A program made the translations under genes and the position numbers. From the NCBI GenBank assembly GCA_029553505.1, contig JAKPKY010000167.1:3501-67500 (forward strand): DNA of 64,000 nucleotides, in the 5' to 3' direction. Below the pieces are notes generated by a model. The model saw nothing but the letters and a program-made list of their open reading frames with translations. It made no database searches and was not told the origin of the DNA. This DNA is from Planctomycetota bacterium (GTDB lineage Bacteria > Planctomycetota > Phycisphaerae > SM23-33). Shown in pieces: positions 1 to 8,582 of the stretch. Each line of letters starts with the position of its first letter. Position 1 is the first letter of the stretch.

Positions 1-1
1 G

Positions 2-412
2 GAGGCCGTCACCTCCGTCGAGTTGCTCCGCTACATCCGCCGCGAGTACCCCGGGAAGTTCCACATCGGCGTAGCATTCAACCCCTACGAGCCGCAGGAC
101 CACGAGTTGGAGAAGATGCACCGCAAGGTGGACGCCGGCGCGGAATTCATCACCACCCAGCCGGTCATCGAGTCGCACCCCGCCGTCGAGTCGCTGTGGC
201 AGTTCGGCCTGCCGGTGGTCATCGAGTGCTGGATGTCCAAGAAGATCCACCTGCTGTCGGAGTGCGTGGGCTACGAGATTCCCGAGGACACGCCGTACGA
301 CCCGGTTTCCAATCTCCAGACGCTGATGGCGAAGTACCCCAAGTGCGGGTTCTACCTGGCGATCCTGGGCTTCAAGACGCAGTTCCCGATCCTCAAGGAC
401 GTGTGGAAGTAG
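2..412 (+). CDS. methylenetetrahydrofolate reductase (MetF/MTHFR)-like protein, C-terminal part; 5' end lies outside the window
   Basis: The frame is open to the window edge, with no stop between nt 2 and 23. KVDAGAEFITTQPV resembles the GADFIITQ signature of MTHFR TIM-barrel proteins. The stop is 13 nt before etfB. Confidence 0.55.
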   Translation, partial: EAVTSVELLRYIRREYPGKFHIGVAFNPYEPQDHELEKMHRKVDAGAEFITTQPVIESHPAVESLWQFGLPVVIECWMSKKIHLLSECVGYEIPEDTPYDPVSNLQTLMAKYPKCGFYLAILGFKTQFPILKDVWK

Positions 413-425
413 CGCGGAGGCGAGC

Positions 426-1214
426 ATGAAGATCGTGGTGTGCATCAAGCAGGTTCCGGCGACGCACGAGGTCTCGATCGACCCGGAGACCAAGCGCCTG
501 AAGCGCGAGAGCGTGGAGGCGGAGGTCAACCCGTTCGACCTCTACGCGATCGAGGAAGGCCTGCGCCTGCGGGAGCGGTTCGGCGGGGAGGTCGTCGCGC
601 TGTCGATGGGCCCGCCGCAGGCGCAATGGGCGCTGCGCGAGGCGCTGAGCATGGGCGTCGACCGCGGGTTGCTGCTGAGCGACAAGGCGTTCGCCGGCTC
701 GGACACGTGGGCGACCTCGTACGCCCTGGCGCGGGCTGTCGAGACCGTCGGCGCGGTGGACCTCGTGCTGTGCGGAAAGCAGGCGATCGACGGCGACACG
801 GCACAGGTGGGCCCGGGCATCGCGGCGCACCTGGGCTGGCCGCAGGCGACGTATGTCTCGCACGTCCAGGACGCCGGCGCCAAACACCTCACCGTCACGC
901 GGATGAATGAGGACGGGCACGACGTCGTGCAGATCGACCTGCCTGCCGTCCTGACCGTCGTCAAGGACATCAACACGCCGCGCGTTCCGAAGCTGCGCGA
1001 CTGCCGGACGGCGCTGCGGGCGGAGGTGGCGGTTCTGACGGCCGACGCCGTCCGCGCTGAACCCGCGCGGATCGGGCTGGACGGTTCGCCCACGCGCGTC
1101 GTGAAGATCAACCCCCCGCCGCCGCGGGGCGGAAAGACCCTCGTGCTGGACGGCTCGCCCGCCGAGACCGCCCGCCGACTGGTCCACGAACTGCGGATGA
1201 AGTCCCTCGTCTAG
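426..1214 (+). CDS. etfB: electron transfer flavoprotein beta subunit
   Basis: MKIVVCIKQVP start, NPFDLYAIEEGLRL and LVLCGKQAIDGDTAQVGP blocks are typical of EtfB/FixA. The size (262 aa) fits, and etfA follows after 12 nt. Confidence 0.9.
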   Translation: MKIVVCIKQVPATHEVSIDPETKRLKRESVEAEVNPFDLYAIEEGLRLRERFGGEVVALSMGPPQAQWALREALSMGVDRGLLLSDKAFAGSDTWATSYALARAVETVGAVDLVLCGKQAIDGDTAQVGPGIAAHLGWPQATYVSHVQDAGAKHLTVTRMNEDGHDVVQIDLPAVLTVVKDINTPRVPKLRDCRTALRAEVAVLTADAVRAEPARIGLDGSPTRVVKINPPPPRGGKTLVLDGSPAETARRLVHELRMKSLV

Positions 1215-1226
1215 ACAGGATGACGC

Positions 1227-2246
1227 ATGCATACTCCGACTGAAACGGATCGCGCGCAGTACCGCAACGTATGGGTGATCGCCGAGCACCGCGACGGGAA
1301 GCTCAAGGGCGTGACGTTCGAACTGCTGGGCGCCGCGAGGCGCCTGGCCGACGCGCGCCAGAGCGAGGTCTGGTGCGTCCTGCTGGGCTCGGGCGTCCGC
1401 GCGCTGGCCGGCGAGTGCATCGCCCGGCAGGCGGACGTGGCGCTGGTGATGGACGACCCGCGCCTGGCGGAATTCGTGGACGAACTCCACGCCGACGCCC
1501 TGACGAAACTCATCGAAAAGCACAAGCCCGAAATCGTCGTCTGCGGCGCCACCGCGCGCGGGCGGGCGCTGATCCCGCGCGTCGCGGTGCTCACCAACTC
1601 GGGCCTGACGGCCGACTGTACCGGGCTCGACATCGACCCGGAAACCGGCGTGCTACTCCAGACGCGACCCGCGTTCGGCGGGAACATCATCGCGACCATC
1701 AAGAGCGTCTCCCACCGCCCGCAGATGGCGACGGTGCGCCCGCGCGTGATGGCCGAACCCGAACCCCAAACCGCCCGCAAGGGGCGCGTGATTTCCGAAC
1801 CGCTCCCGACGGCCGTCCAGCACGCGGCCCGCATGAAGGTCCTCCAGGCCATCACCAACACCGCCGAGGGAATCCACCTCGCCGATGCCGATTTCATCAT
1901 CACCGGCGGGCGCGGGCTCCGCGGAAAGAAGGGCTTTGAGCTGCTCCGCCGGTTCGCGCACCTCGTCGGCGGCGCCGTCGGCGCCAGCCGGGCCGCCGTC
2001 GACGCCGGGTGGATCGACTACGCACACCAGGTCGGACAGACCGGGCAGACCGTCCAGCCGAAGGTCTATATGGCCTGCGGCGTCTCCGGGCAGATCCAGC
2101 ACCTCGTCGGAATGCAATCGTCTGACATCATCATCGCCGTCAACAAGGATCCCAACGCCCCGCTGATGAAGCTGGCCGACTTCGCCGTCGTCGGGGACGT
2201 CTTCGAAATCCTCCCGGCCATGATGGACGAAATCCGGCGGGTCTGA
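1227..2246 (+). CDS. etfA: electron transfer flavoprotein alpha subunit
   Basis: The C-terminal FAD block YMACGVSGQIQHLVGMQSSDIIIAVNKDPNAPLM is typical of EtfA/FixB. The protein is 339 aa and has no N-terminal ferredoxin domain. Confidence 0.9.
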   Translation: MHTPTETDRAQYRNVWVIAEHRDGKLKGVTFELLGAARRLADARQSEVWCVLLGSGVRALAGECIARQADVALVMDDPRLAEFVDELHADALTKLIEKHKPEIVVCGATARGRALIPRVAVLTNSGLTADCTGLDIDPETGVLLQTRPAFGGNIIATIKSVSHRPQMATVRPRVMAEPEPQTARKGRVISEPLPTAVQHAARMKVLQAITNTAEGIHLADADFIITGGRGLRGKKGFELLRRFAHLVGGAVGASRAAVDAGWIDYAHQVGQTGQTVQPKVYMACGVSGQIQHLVGMQSSDIIIAVNKDPNAPLMKLADFAVVGDVFEILPAMMDEIRRV

Positions 2247-2322
2247 ACCGCCCTCTTGCATCCCGCCGCCGGGACGTGTCACAATCGTTCTGCGCCCATT
2301 TCCGGGTGACAGGAGACCCGTC

Positions 2323-4815
2323 ATGCAAACGCTCCTCGCCGCGTCGCTGCTGACCGCGTTGGTCCTCGTTCCCACGGCCGCCGGGGCGGACGACTTCGTG
2401 CCGTTCGTCATTCCCGCCGACGTGAATCCCGCTTCCGAGATCGCCTTCCGCGGCGAGCCCATCGCTGTGGACAGCCCGCGCGTCGTCGTGCGAGACGGGC
2501 ACTTCTTCGTCGGCGACAAACGCCTTCGCATCTGGGGCGTGAACTGCTGCTTCGGCGCCAATTTCCCCACGCACGACGAGGCGGAACGCATCGCGGCACG
2601 CCTGGAGGCCTTCGGCGTCAACTCCGTCCGCTTCCACCACATGGACCACAGCCCGTTCCCCAACGGCATCTGGGACCCCAAGGATAACCGCAAGCTCTCC
2701 GACGAGGCGCTCGACCGCCTGGACTATTTCCTCGACCGCCTCGCGCGGCGGGGCATCTACGCCAACCTCAACCTGCACGTCTCGCGCAATCACGGCACGG
2801 TGCTCGAACTGCCCGACTCGAAATCCGACTACGACAAGATCGTCGACATCTTCACCCCGCAGCTCATCGACGCGCAGAAGGACTACGCGCGCCGCCTGCT
2901 GACGCACGTCAACGCCTATCGCAAGGTCCGCTACGCCGACGACCCGGCCGTGGCGTTCGTGGAAATCAACAACGAGAACAGCCTGTTCATGTGGGGCGCG
3001 GAGTCCAAGCTGCCGAACCTGCCGGAGTTCTATGCGAAGATCCTCGCCGGGCAGTGGCAGGACTGGTTGAAAGCGAAATACGGCGCGACGGACAAGCTCG
3101 CGGGCGCGTGGAACGCCCGCGCCGAACCGCTGGGCGAAAACGTGCTGGCGGGTTTCTCGGCGACGCGCGACGACGGCGCGCCCGCCTGGAACCTGGAGCG
3201 CCACGGGCAGTGTGCGGCCAAGTCGGCCGTCACTGACGCCGGCCTGAGCGTGACGATCTCCCGCGCCGACGGGACCGACTGGCACATCCAGCTCAACCAG
3301 TCCGGTCTGAAGCTCCGGGAAGGGCAATACTACACGCTGACGTTCAGCGCCCGCGCCGACCGGGCGCGCCCCCTGGGCGTCACCGTCCAGCAGGCGCACG
3401 AGCCGTGGGCCAGCCTGGGGCTGTCGCAACGCGTGTCGCTGACGACGGAGTGGAAGCAGTTCCGCCTGGGGTTCACCGCGTCAGCCGGCGACGACAACGC
3501 GCGCGTGAACTTCTCTATGGGAACCCGAGACGCGGGCGTGACCTTCGGGCCGGTACAGCTTCGCACCGGCGGACAGGTCGGACTCGCCAAGGGCGAGCGC
3601 CTGGAGGATCGCAACGTCGTCCTGTTCGCCGACTGCGAGGTTCCCGCCCGCGAACTCGACCGCATGCGATTCCTCGCCGAGACGGAAAAGGCCTACTTCA
3701 GCGGCATGCGCGGGTTCGTGCGGGACGATCTCGGCTGCAAGGCCCTGGTGACGGGGACAATCGTCTTCGGGCCGCTGGGGCTCTGGGCCCAGGGCGAGAT
3801 GGATTTCATCGACGCCCACGCCTACTGGCAGCACCCGCACTTCCCGGGGCGCCCGTGGGACCCGGGCAACTGGATCGTCGAGCCCCGCGCGATGGTGGAC
3901 AAGCCCGGCCAGTCCACGCTGCCGGGCCTGGCCTCGGCGCGGCAGGCGGGAAAGCCCTTCACCGTCAGCGAGTACAACCACCCCGCGCCGAATCCCTACC
4001 AGGCCGAGTGCGTACCGATGATCGCCGCCTTCGCCGCCTGCCAGGACTGGGACGGCGTCTGGCTGTTCGCCTACTCGCACCGCACGGGCGCCAACGGGTT
4101 CGATCACTACGACAGCTTCTTCGACATCGCCGCCAACCCGTCCAAGTGGGGTTTCGTGCCGGCGGGGACCGCCCTGTTCCGCAACGGGCGAGCCAGCCGG
4201 GAATCCCAGACCATTCGCGGCGTGGACTGGCTGCGGCGCGGCGAGGACGAACTGGCCGCCCTTCACGCCAAGTATGGCAGCAACCTCCTGCGGGCCGCGG
4301 TGTATGACTACGAACGGGTCATGGGCCTTTCCCGCACGAAAAACGGCGAGGGATTCGTTTGGACGAAGAATCCGACCGGCTGGACCTGGACGGCGGGCGA
4401 CGGCGCGTTGCTGACGGCCGGCGGCCCGGACGCCTTCGTCCTGGTGACGAAGGGAAAACCGGACGTGGAAAGCGGGAACCGTTTCGCCGTCGTGACGGCC
4501 ACCCCGCTCGACGGCAAGGCCCTCGACGACAGCAAAAGGCTCCTCGTCGCCGTCTGCGCCCGGTGCGAGAACACGGACATGAAATTTTCCGCCGACCTTC
4601 GCACCGTGGGTCGCAAGTGGGGCAAGGGTCCGGTGCGCGTGGAGATTCCGCGGATGGAAATCCCCCTGCCCGGTCGCGGGTGGACCTGTCGCGCCCTGAA
4701 GCCCGACGGCATGGGCGGCGCGGACGTGGCGCTGACCGTCAAGGAAGATTCGTCAATGCACCTGCCCGTCTCCGCCAAAGACGGAACGATGTGGTACCTT
4801 CTGACGCGGGAATAG
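2323..4815 (+). CDS. secreted clan GH-A (GH5-like) glycoside hydrolase with an internal CBM4_9-like module
   Basis: Signal peptide MQTLLAASLLTALVLVPTAAGA. TIM-barrel motifs VNSVRFHH, VEINNENS (NE acid/base) and FTVSEYN (candidate nucleophile). Residues ~285-413 (DWHIQL, YTLTFSARAD, VNFSMG) look like a carbohydrate-binding beta-sandwich. Confidence 0.6.
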   Translation: MQTLLAASLLTALVLVPTAAGADDFVPFVIPADVNPASEIAFRGEPIAVDSPRVVVRDGHFFVGDKRLRIWGVNCCFGANFPTHDEAERIAARLEAFGVNSVRFHHMDHSPFPNGIWDPKDNRKLSDEALDRLDYFLDRLARRGIYANLNLHVSRNHGTVLELPDSKSDYDKIVDIFTPQLIDAQKDYARRLLTHVNAYRKVRYADDPAVAFVEINNENSLFMWGAESKLPNLPEFYAKILAGQWQDWLKAKYGATDKLAGAWNARAEPLGENVLAGFSATRDDGAPAWNLERHGQCAAKSAVTDAGLSVTISRADGTDWHIQLNQSGLKLREGQYYTLTFSARADRARPLGVTVQQAHEPWASLGLSQRVSLTTEWKQFRLGFTASAGDDNARVNFSMGTRDAGVTFGPVQLRTGGQVGLAKGERLEDRNVVLFADCEVPARELDRMRFLAETEKAYFSGMRGFVRDDLGCKALVTGTIVFGPLGLWAQGEMDFIDAHAYWQHPHFPGRPWDPGNWIVEPRAMVDKPGQSTLPGLASARQAGKPFTVSEYNHPAPNPYQAECVPMIAAFAACQDWDGVWLFAYSHRTGANGFDHYDSFFDIAANPSKWGFVPAGTALFRNGRASRESQTIRGVDWLRRGEDELAALHAKYGSNLLRAAVYDYERVMGLSRTKNGEGFVWTKNPTGWTWTAGDGALLTAGGPDAFVLVTKGKPDVESGNRFAVVTATPLDGKALDDSKRLLVAVCARCENTDMKFSADLRTVGRKWGKGPVRVEIPRMEIPLPGRGWTCRALKPDGMGGADVALTVKEDSSMHLPVSAKDGTMWYLLTRE

Positions 4816-4848
4816 AATCCGGGATTTCCCGTCGCAAGCGCGGCGGCG

Positions 4849-5097
4849 CTACTGCACCGGGACGACCTCGGTAACGGCGGGGACTTTTTCCTTCAGGTGG
4901 CGCTCGACGCCCATCTTGAGGGTCATGGCCGCCCCGGGACATCCCCGGCACGCGCCCTGGAGACGCACGCTCACCTTGCCCGTCTGCTCGTCGACGCCGA
5001 CCAGTTCGATGTCGCCCCCGTCCGCCTGGAGCAGCGGGCGGATTTTCTCGATCACGGCGGCCACCTGGTCGGTCATGCTGGATTTCTGCTCGGTCAT
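4849..5097 (-). CDS. NifU C-terminal domain (Nfu-type) Fe-S assembly protein
   Basis: IRPLLQADGGDIELV and ACRGCPGAAMTL (CxxC) are the Nfu/NifU C-terminal signature. I set the start at MTEQK (ATG 5097) rather than the track start at 5124. Confidence 0.8.
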   Translation of the reverse strand: MTEQKSSMTDQVAAVIEKIRPLLQADGGDIELVGVDEQTGKVSVRLQGACRGCPGAAMTLKMGVERHLKEKVPAVTEVVPVQ

Positions 5098-5250
5098 TGC
5101 GATTCCTCTCTGGTCCGGCCTCAAAGCGGGCCGGCTTGGCGAAGCAAATCATTATAGCGGTCTGCCCGCATGCCACAAGGCGACAAAACCGCCCCTTTGC
5201 ATCGAGCCCGCGCGGGCGATATCCTGTCGGAGGCTTCGGCGGAACCGACC

Positions 5251-7713
5251 ATGATCCTTCTCCTGCCGGCGATTACGACAGTGGAGCTGGCCCAGCCTGT
5301 CTGGCTGCTGGCGGGGTGCGCCGCCGCGCTGCCGCCGATCCTCGCGCTGCGGGCGCGCCGTCAGGGACGCCGCGCCGCGCGATGGTCCGTGGCGCTCCAG
5401 ATGCTGGCAATCCTCGCCGCGGCGGCCGCACTCGCCCAACCACTCGTCCCACTCGACGGGCAAGCGAACCTGCCCGTGCTGATCTTCCGCGACGTGTCGG
5501 TCTCCGCGCGACACCAGCGCGAGCCTCCGCTGCCGGTGCCGCCCGCAATGGTCGCGGAACGATACGATTTCGCCGCGGGCCTGTCTCGCGAAGGCGCTCC
5601 GCCGGATGCAGCGCAGACAAACCTCGCTCCGGCGCTTCGCTTGGCGGCGGGGCGCGCGGGCCGGGCGATCGCAGCCGTGTTCCACACCGACGGGCAGTTC
5701 CAGGACGACTGGTCTTCCGCAGCCGCGGCTCTGGGACAAGCGGGCCTGCCCGTCTTCGTCGTGCCGATGCGTTCGCCCCCGCCCGATTCCCGCGTGCTCG
5801 CGCTGGACGCCGCCCGCGCGCCCGGCGGCGCCGTCGAGCTGACGATCAGCGTGCAGTCGTCGGCCGTCGACCGCCGCACGCTCACCGTCCGCCGGGTGTC
5901 GCCCGCGCCGGCCGTGCTGCTGACGCGCGAGCTCCGCCTGCTGGGCGGAGAGCCCGTCACGCTGACCGTGACCGACGCGGCCGCGCCGTCCGCCCGCGCG
6001 GCCGTCTACCGCGCCGATCTGTCCGCCGGTGACGCCTGGCGGGAGAACGACACGATCTCGGCCGTCATGCTGCCTGTCGCGCGGCGCGCGGCCTTGGTCG
6101 CCCCGCCGGAGACGGTCGCGGCGCTGCGCGGCGCGCTGGGGGCCGGCGCAACGGCGATGAACCCTGCCGCCGCCCCAACAGACGTGCAGGACTGGATGGA
6201 CTACGACGCCGTGGTCCTGATCGACTCCACCGGGCAATGTCTCAATCCGGGCCAGCGCGAAGCCCTCGCCGAGTATGTGCGGGGCGGGGGCGGGCTGGTG
6301 TTTGTCGGCGCGGGCCCGCACGGTTCGCCCGCTGACCGCGACGACCCGCTCAACCGTTGTGCCGCCCTGCTGGCCAACCCCTACGAGCGAAAGGCGCTCA
6401 AGGTGGTCGTCGTGCTGGACGGCTCCGGCTCAATGAGCGATCGCGCCGGCGGACGGCGAAAGTTCGACCTGGCGGCGGAAGCGACAATCTCACTCCGCCG
6501 GCACCTCACACCGCGCGACCGCCTGGCGGTCATTGCCTTTTCCGACCAGGCCCGTCTTGTGTATGACAGCGGCGACGCGCCGCCCGATTTTTCTGTCCTG
6601 CACGAGGCGCTGCGGAGCGTCGAGCCCACCGGGCCGACCCATGTCGTGCCCGCGCTGACCCTGGCGGCAGAGCAGACCGTCCCGGCCGACGCCGACGGGC
6701 TGGTGCTGCTGCTGAGCGATCTGGCGACGCAGGACCGGCAGTTCGACGCCGACGCGCTGGCGGCGGCGCTGCGCCGCGCCAGGCTGGCGCTGGCGGTGGT
6801 GGCCACGGGCGGCGAGGCAAGCGCCGACGCCCCGCTGGCCAGGCTGGCGGAAACAATGAACGCGCCGCTCGTCCGCCGGGCGGACCTGGCGGCGCTGGCG
6901 GGCGTGTTCGCGTGGTTCCTGCGCGACGCGCGCGGTGATGGATTGCTCGCCGGGCCCGTGCGCGTGGAAGCGGTCGGCCTGCCGTTCGGCGCCGACCCTC
7001 GCCGTCTCCCCCCGGCCGGGACGATCCTGCTGTGCGCCGCCCAGCCGCAGGCCGAGGTGCTCGCCCTCGCTGCCGACCAGCCTGTCCTGGCGCAGATGCA
7101 GGCGGGGCTGGGACGGGTCGTCTCGCTGGCGGTCCCGCTGGACCTGCCCGCCAACGCCGCCTGGCGGGATTCCCCCGGCGCTGTCGCCCTGCTTGCCGGC
7201 GCGATGCGCTGGGTGCGCCGCCCAGCCGCCGACGGACGATTCGACGTCTCGCTCGCGCGGCAAGGGCGTGCGCTGCGCGTGGAGGTCGTCGCCCGAGAGT
7301 CCGGCGCGGCGATGAATGCCCTTTCGCTGGTCGCCCGCGCGGCGGCCCTGTCCGGCGGCGAGACGGTGGAGATTCCGCTGCCCCAGGCGTCGCCGGGTCA
7401 GTACGCCGCGACATTTGCCCCGCCGCCGTCCGATGCGGTCGTGGAAATCCTGCACGACGGGCGGGCGGTCTGGCGCGGCGCCTCGGGCGAATCCTGCGGG
7501 TCGGAATTCACGCATCTCGGCGCCGATGAGGTGGCGCTGACCCTCCTAGCCCGGCGCGCCGGCGGGCGCGGGGTCCGAGCGGCCGACCTGCCCGGCGCGC
7601 TGGAGCAATTGCGCCTCCGTCAACTCACACCGGTCTGGCCGGCGCTGCTGGCAGTGGCGCTGGCGCTGATGCTGCTGGAATGGGCAACGGCCAGACTGCT
7701 GCGCGAGGCGTAA
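5251..7713 (+). CDS. BatA-like membrane protein with N-terminal double-TM segment and VWA domain
   Basis: MILLLPAITTVELAQPVWLLAGCAAALPPILALRARR resembles the aerotolerance-type N-terminal double-TM domain. VVVVLDGSGSMSD is a VWA MIDAS-like motif. There is a C-terminal TM (TPVWPALLAVALALMLLEW). I chose the ATG at 5251. Confidence 0.7.
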   Translation: MILLLPAITTVELAQPVWLLAGCAAALPPILALRARRQGRRAARWSVALQMLAILAAAAALAQPLVPLDGQANLPVLIFRDVSVSARHQREPPLPVPPAMVAERYDFAAGLSREGAPPDAAQTNLAPALRLAAGRAGRAIAAVFHTDGQFQDDWSSAAAALGQAGLPVFVVPMRSPPPDSRVLALDAARAPGGAVELTISVQSSAVDRRTLTVRRVSPAPAVLLTRELRLLGGEPVTLTVTDAAAPSARAAVYRADLSAGDAWRENDTISAVMLPVARRAALVAPPETVAALRGALGAGATAMNPAAAPTDVQDWMDYDAVVLIDSTGQCLNPGQREALAEYVRGGGGLVFVGAGPHGSPADRDDPLNRCAALLANPYERKALKVVVVLDGSGSMSDRAGGRRKFDLAAEATISLRRHLTPRDRLAVIAFSDQARLVYDSGDAPPDFSVLHEALRSVEPTGPTHVVPALTLAAEQTVPADADGLVLLLSDLATQDRQFDADALAAALRRARLALAVVATGGEASADAPLARLAETMNAPLVRRADLAALAGVFAWFLRDARGDGLLAGPVRVEAVGLPFGADPRRLPPAGTILLCAAQPQAEVLALAADQPVLAQMQAGLGRVVSLAVPLDLPANAAWRDSPGAVALLAGAMRWVRRPAADGRFDVSLARQGRALRVEVVARESGAAMNALSLVARAAALSGGETVEIPLPQASPGQYAATFAPPPSDAVVEILHDGRAVWRGASGESCGSEFTHLGADEVALTLLARRAGGRGVRAADLPGALEQLRLRQLTPVWPALLAVALALMLLEWATARLLREA

Positions 7714-7734
7714 GGTTGCGTCCGATAGCGGGGG

Positions 7735-8082
7735 TCAGCGGAGCTTCTCGACGAACTGGATACCCACCCCGATCATTGGGCCGATTTCCTCGGTCCAGAT
7801 GACGCGGCTGCGGTATCGCACCGTCCGCGTCCGGTCGCGGCGGACGCGGCGCTCGGCGGAGAGCGGAACGTCGATTTCCAGCACCAGCTCTCGCCCCGTC
7901 TCCAGCGCATCCCTGGCGGACACCAGCACGTGCACGCCGTCTTCGGAGATGTTCGTGGTTCGCCCGCGTGCCAGAATTCTTCCGCGCGCGTGGCAGACCC
8001 TCACGGGATAACTCGCGGGTGCGCGTCGGCAGCGGCGGCGCTCCGCGACGACGACAGACAGTTCCGGCAAGGTCGGGTTCAT
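7735..8082 (-). CDS. PilZ domain protein (putative c-di-GMP receptor)
   Basis: RRRCRRAP (RxxxR-like) followed by TTNISEDGVHV (D/NxSxxG) are the two PilZ motifs. The start is at the internal ATG (8082), giving 115 aa. Confidence 0.7.
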   Translation of the reverse strand: MNPTLPELSVVVAERRRCRRAPASYPVRVCHARGRILARGRTTNISEDGVHVLVSARDALETGRELVLEIDVPLSAERRVRRDRTRTVRYRSRVIWTEEIGPMIGVGIQFVEKLR

Positions 8083-8206
8083 ACGTACGACGCTCTTCCA
8101 TGAAGTTCCGGGAAGTTCCGCGGCGCCGATCCGTCGCGGCAAGGCGGACGCCCGTTCGCCGCGCGCGAACCGCGCCAGCGATGCTCCAAAAGGGAATATA
8201 AGATAC

Positions 8207-8240
8207 ACGGGCGATCGGCGCACAATTCCCGATCGCCCGT
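8207..8240. other. perfect 12-bp inverted repeat with a 10-nt spacer
   Basis: ACGGGCGATCGG-CGCACAATTC-CCGATCGCCCGT lies in the divergent PilZ / XRE-S24 intergenic region. A second hairpin, CCGGCCG-GTCTCA-CGGCCGG, is at 8254-8273. Confidence 0.7.
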
Positions 8241-8499
8241 TGCGACCCCCGCCCCGGCCGGTCTCACGGCCGGATTAGCTCAGCCGGCATCTCCGAGCCG
8301 ACCGTCGCCTGACTGTGGTGGTCCTCGCTCGCGGCGTTCGTTCGCCAAACCGTAAATCGCATGGTCGAAGAGGACGCAATGCTTCGGAATCCAGGCACCC
8401 CTGCCGCTGCAATAATCCCAAGGCTAGGTGCAACACCCTAACGGTCTGTTGTGTCGCGTTGCCCCTTGACATTTGAGCCCGCCCGGTCCAAGATGGTTA

Positions 8500-8519
8500 G
8501 AAGCGCTAAATTTCGCTTC
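8500..8519. promoter_or_regulatory. candidate operator palindrome GAAGCG-N8-CGCTTC
   Basis: GAAGCGCTAAATTTCGCTTC lies just downstream of a TTGACA (8466-8471)-N17-CAAGAT promoter-like element and 64 nt upstream of the XRE-S24 repressor ATG. Confidence 0.35.
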
Positions 8520-8582
8520 TTGCGAATCTTATATACCTTATCGGGTAGATGTGCAAGAAATATTTACGCGTTTGTGAAATTT

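Noticed and set aside
8272-8287. A tRNA-like D-arm string GGATTAGCTCAGCCGG, and a TTCGGAATCC string near 8381-8390.
   Set aside because: No acceptor stem, anticodon arm or complementary T-stem can be drawn around either string, and the two are about 100 nt apart. I see no tRNA gene anywhere in the window.
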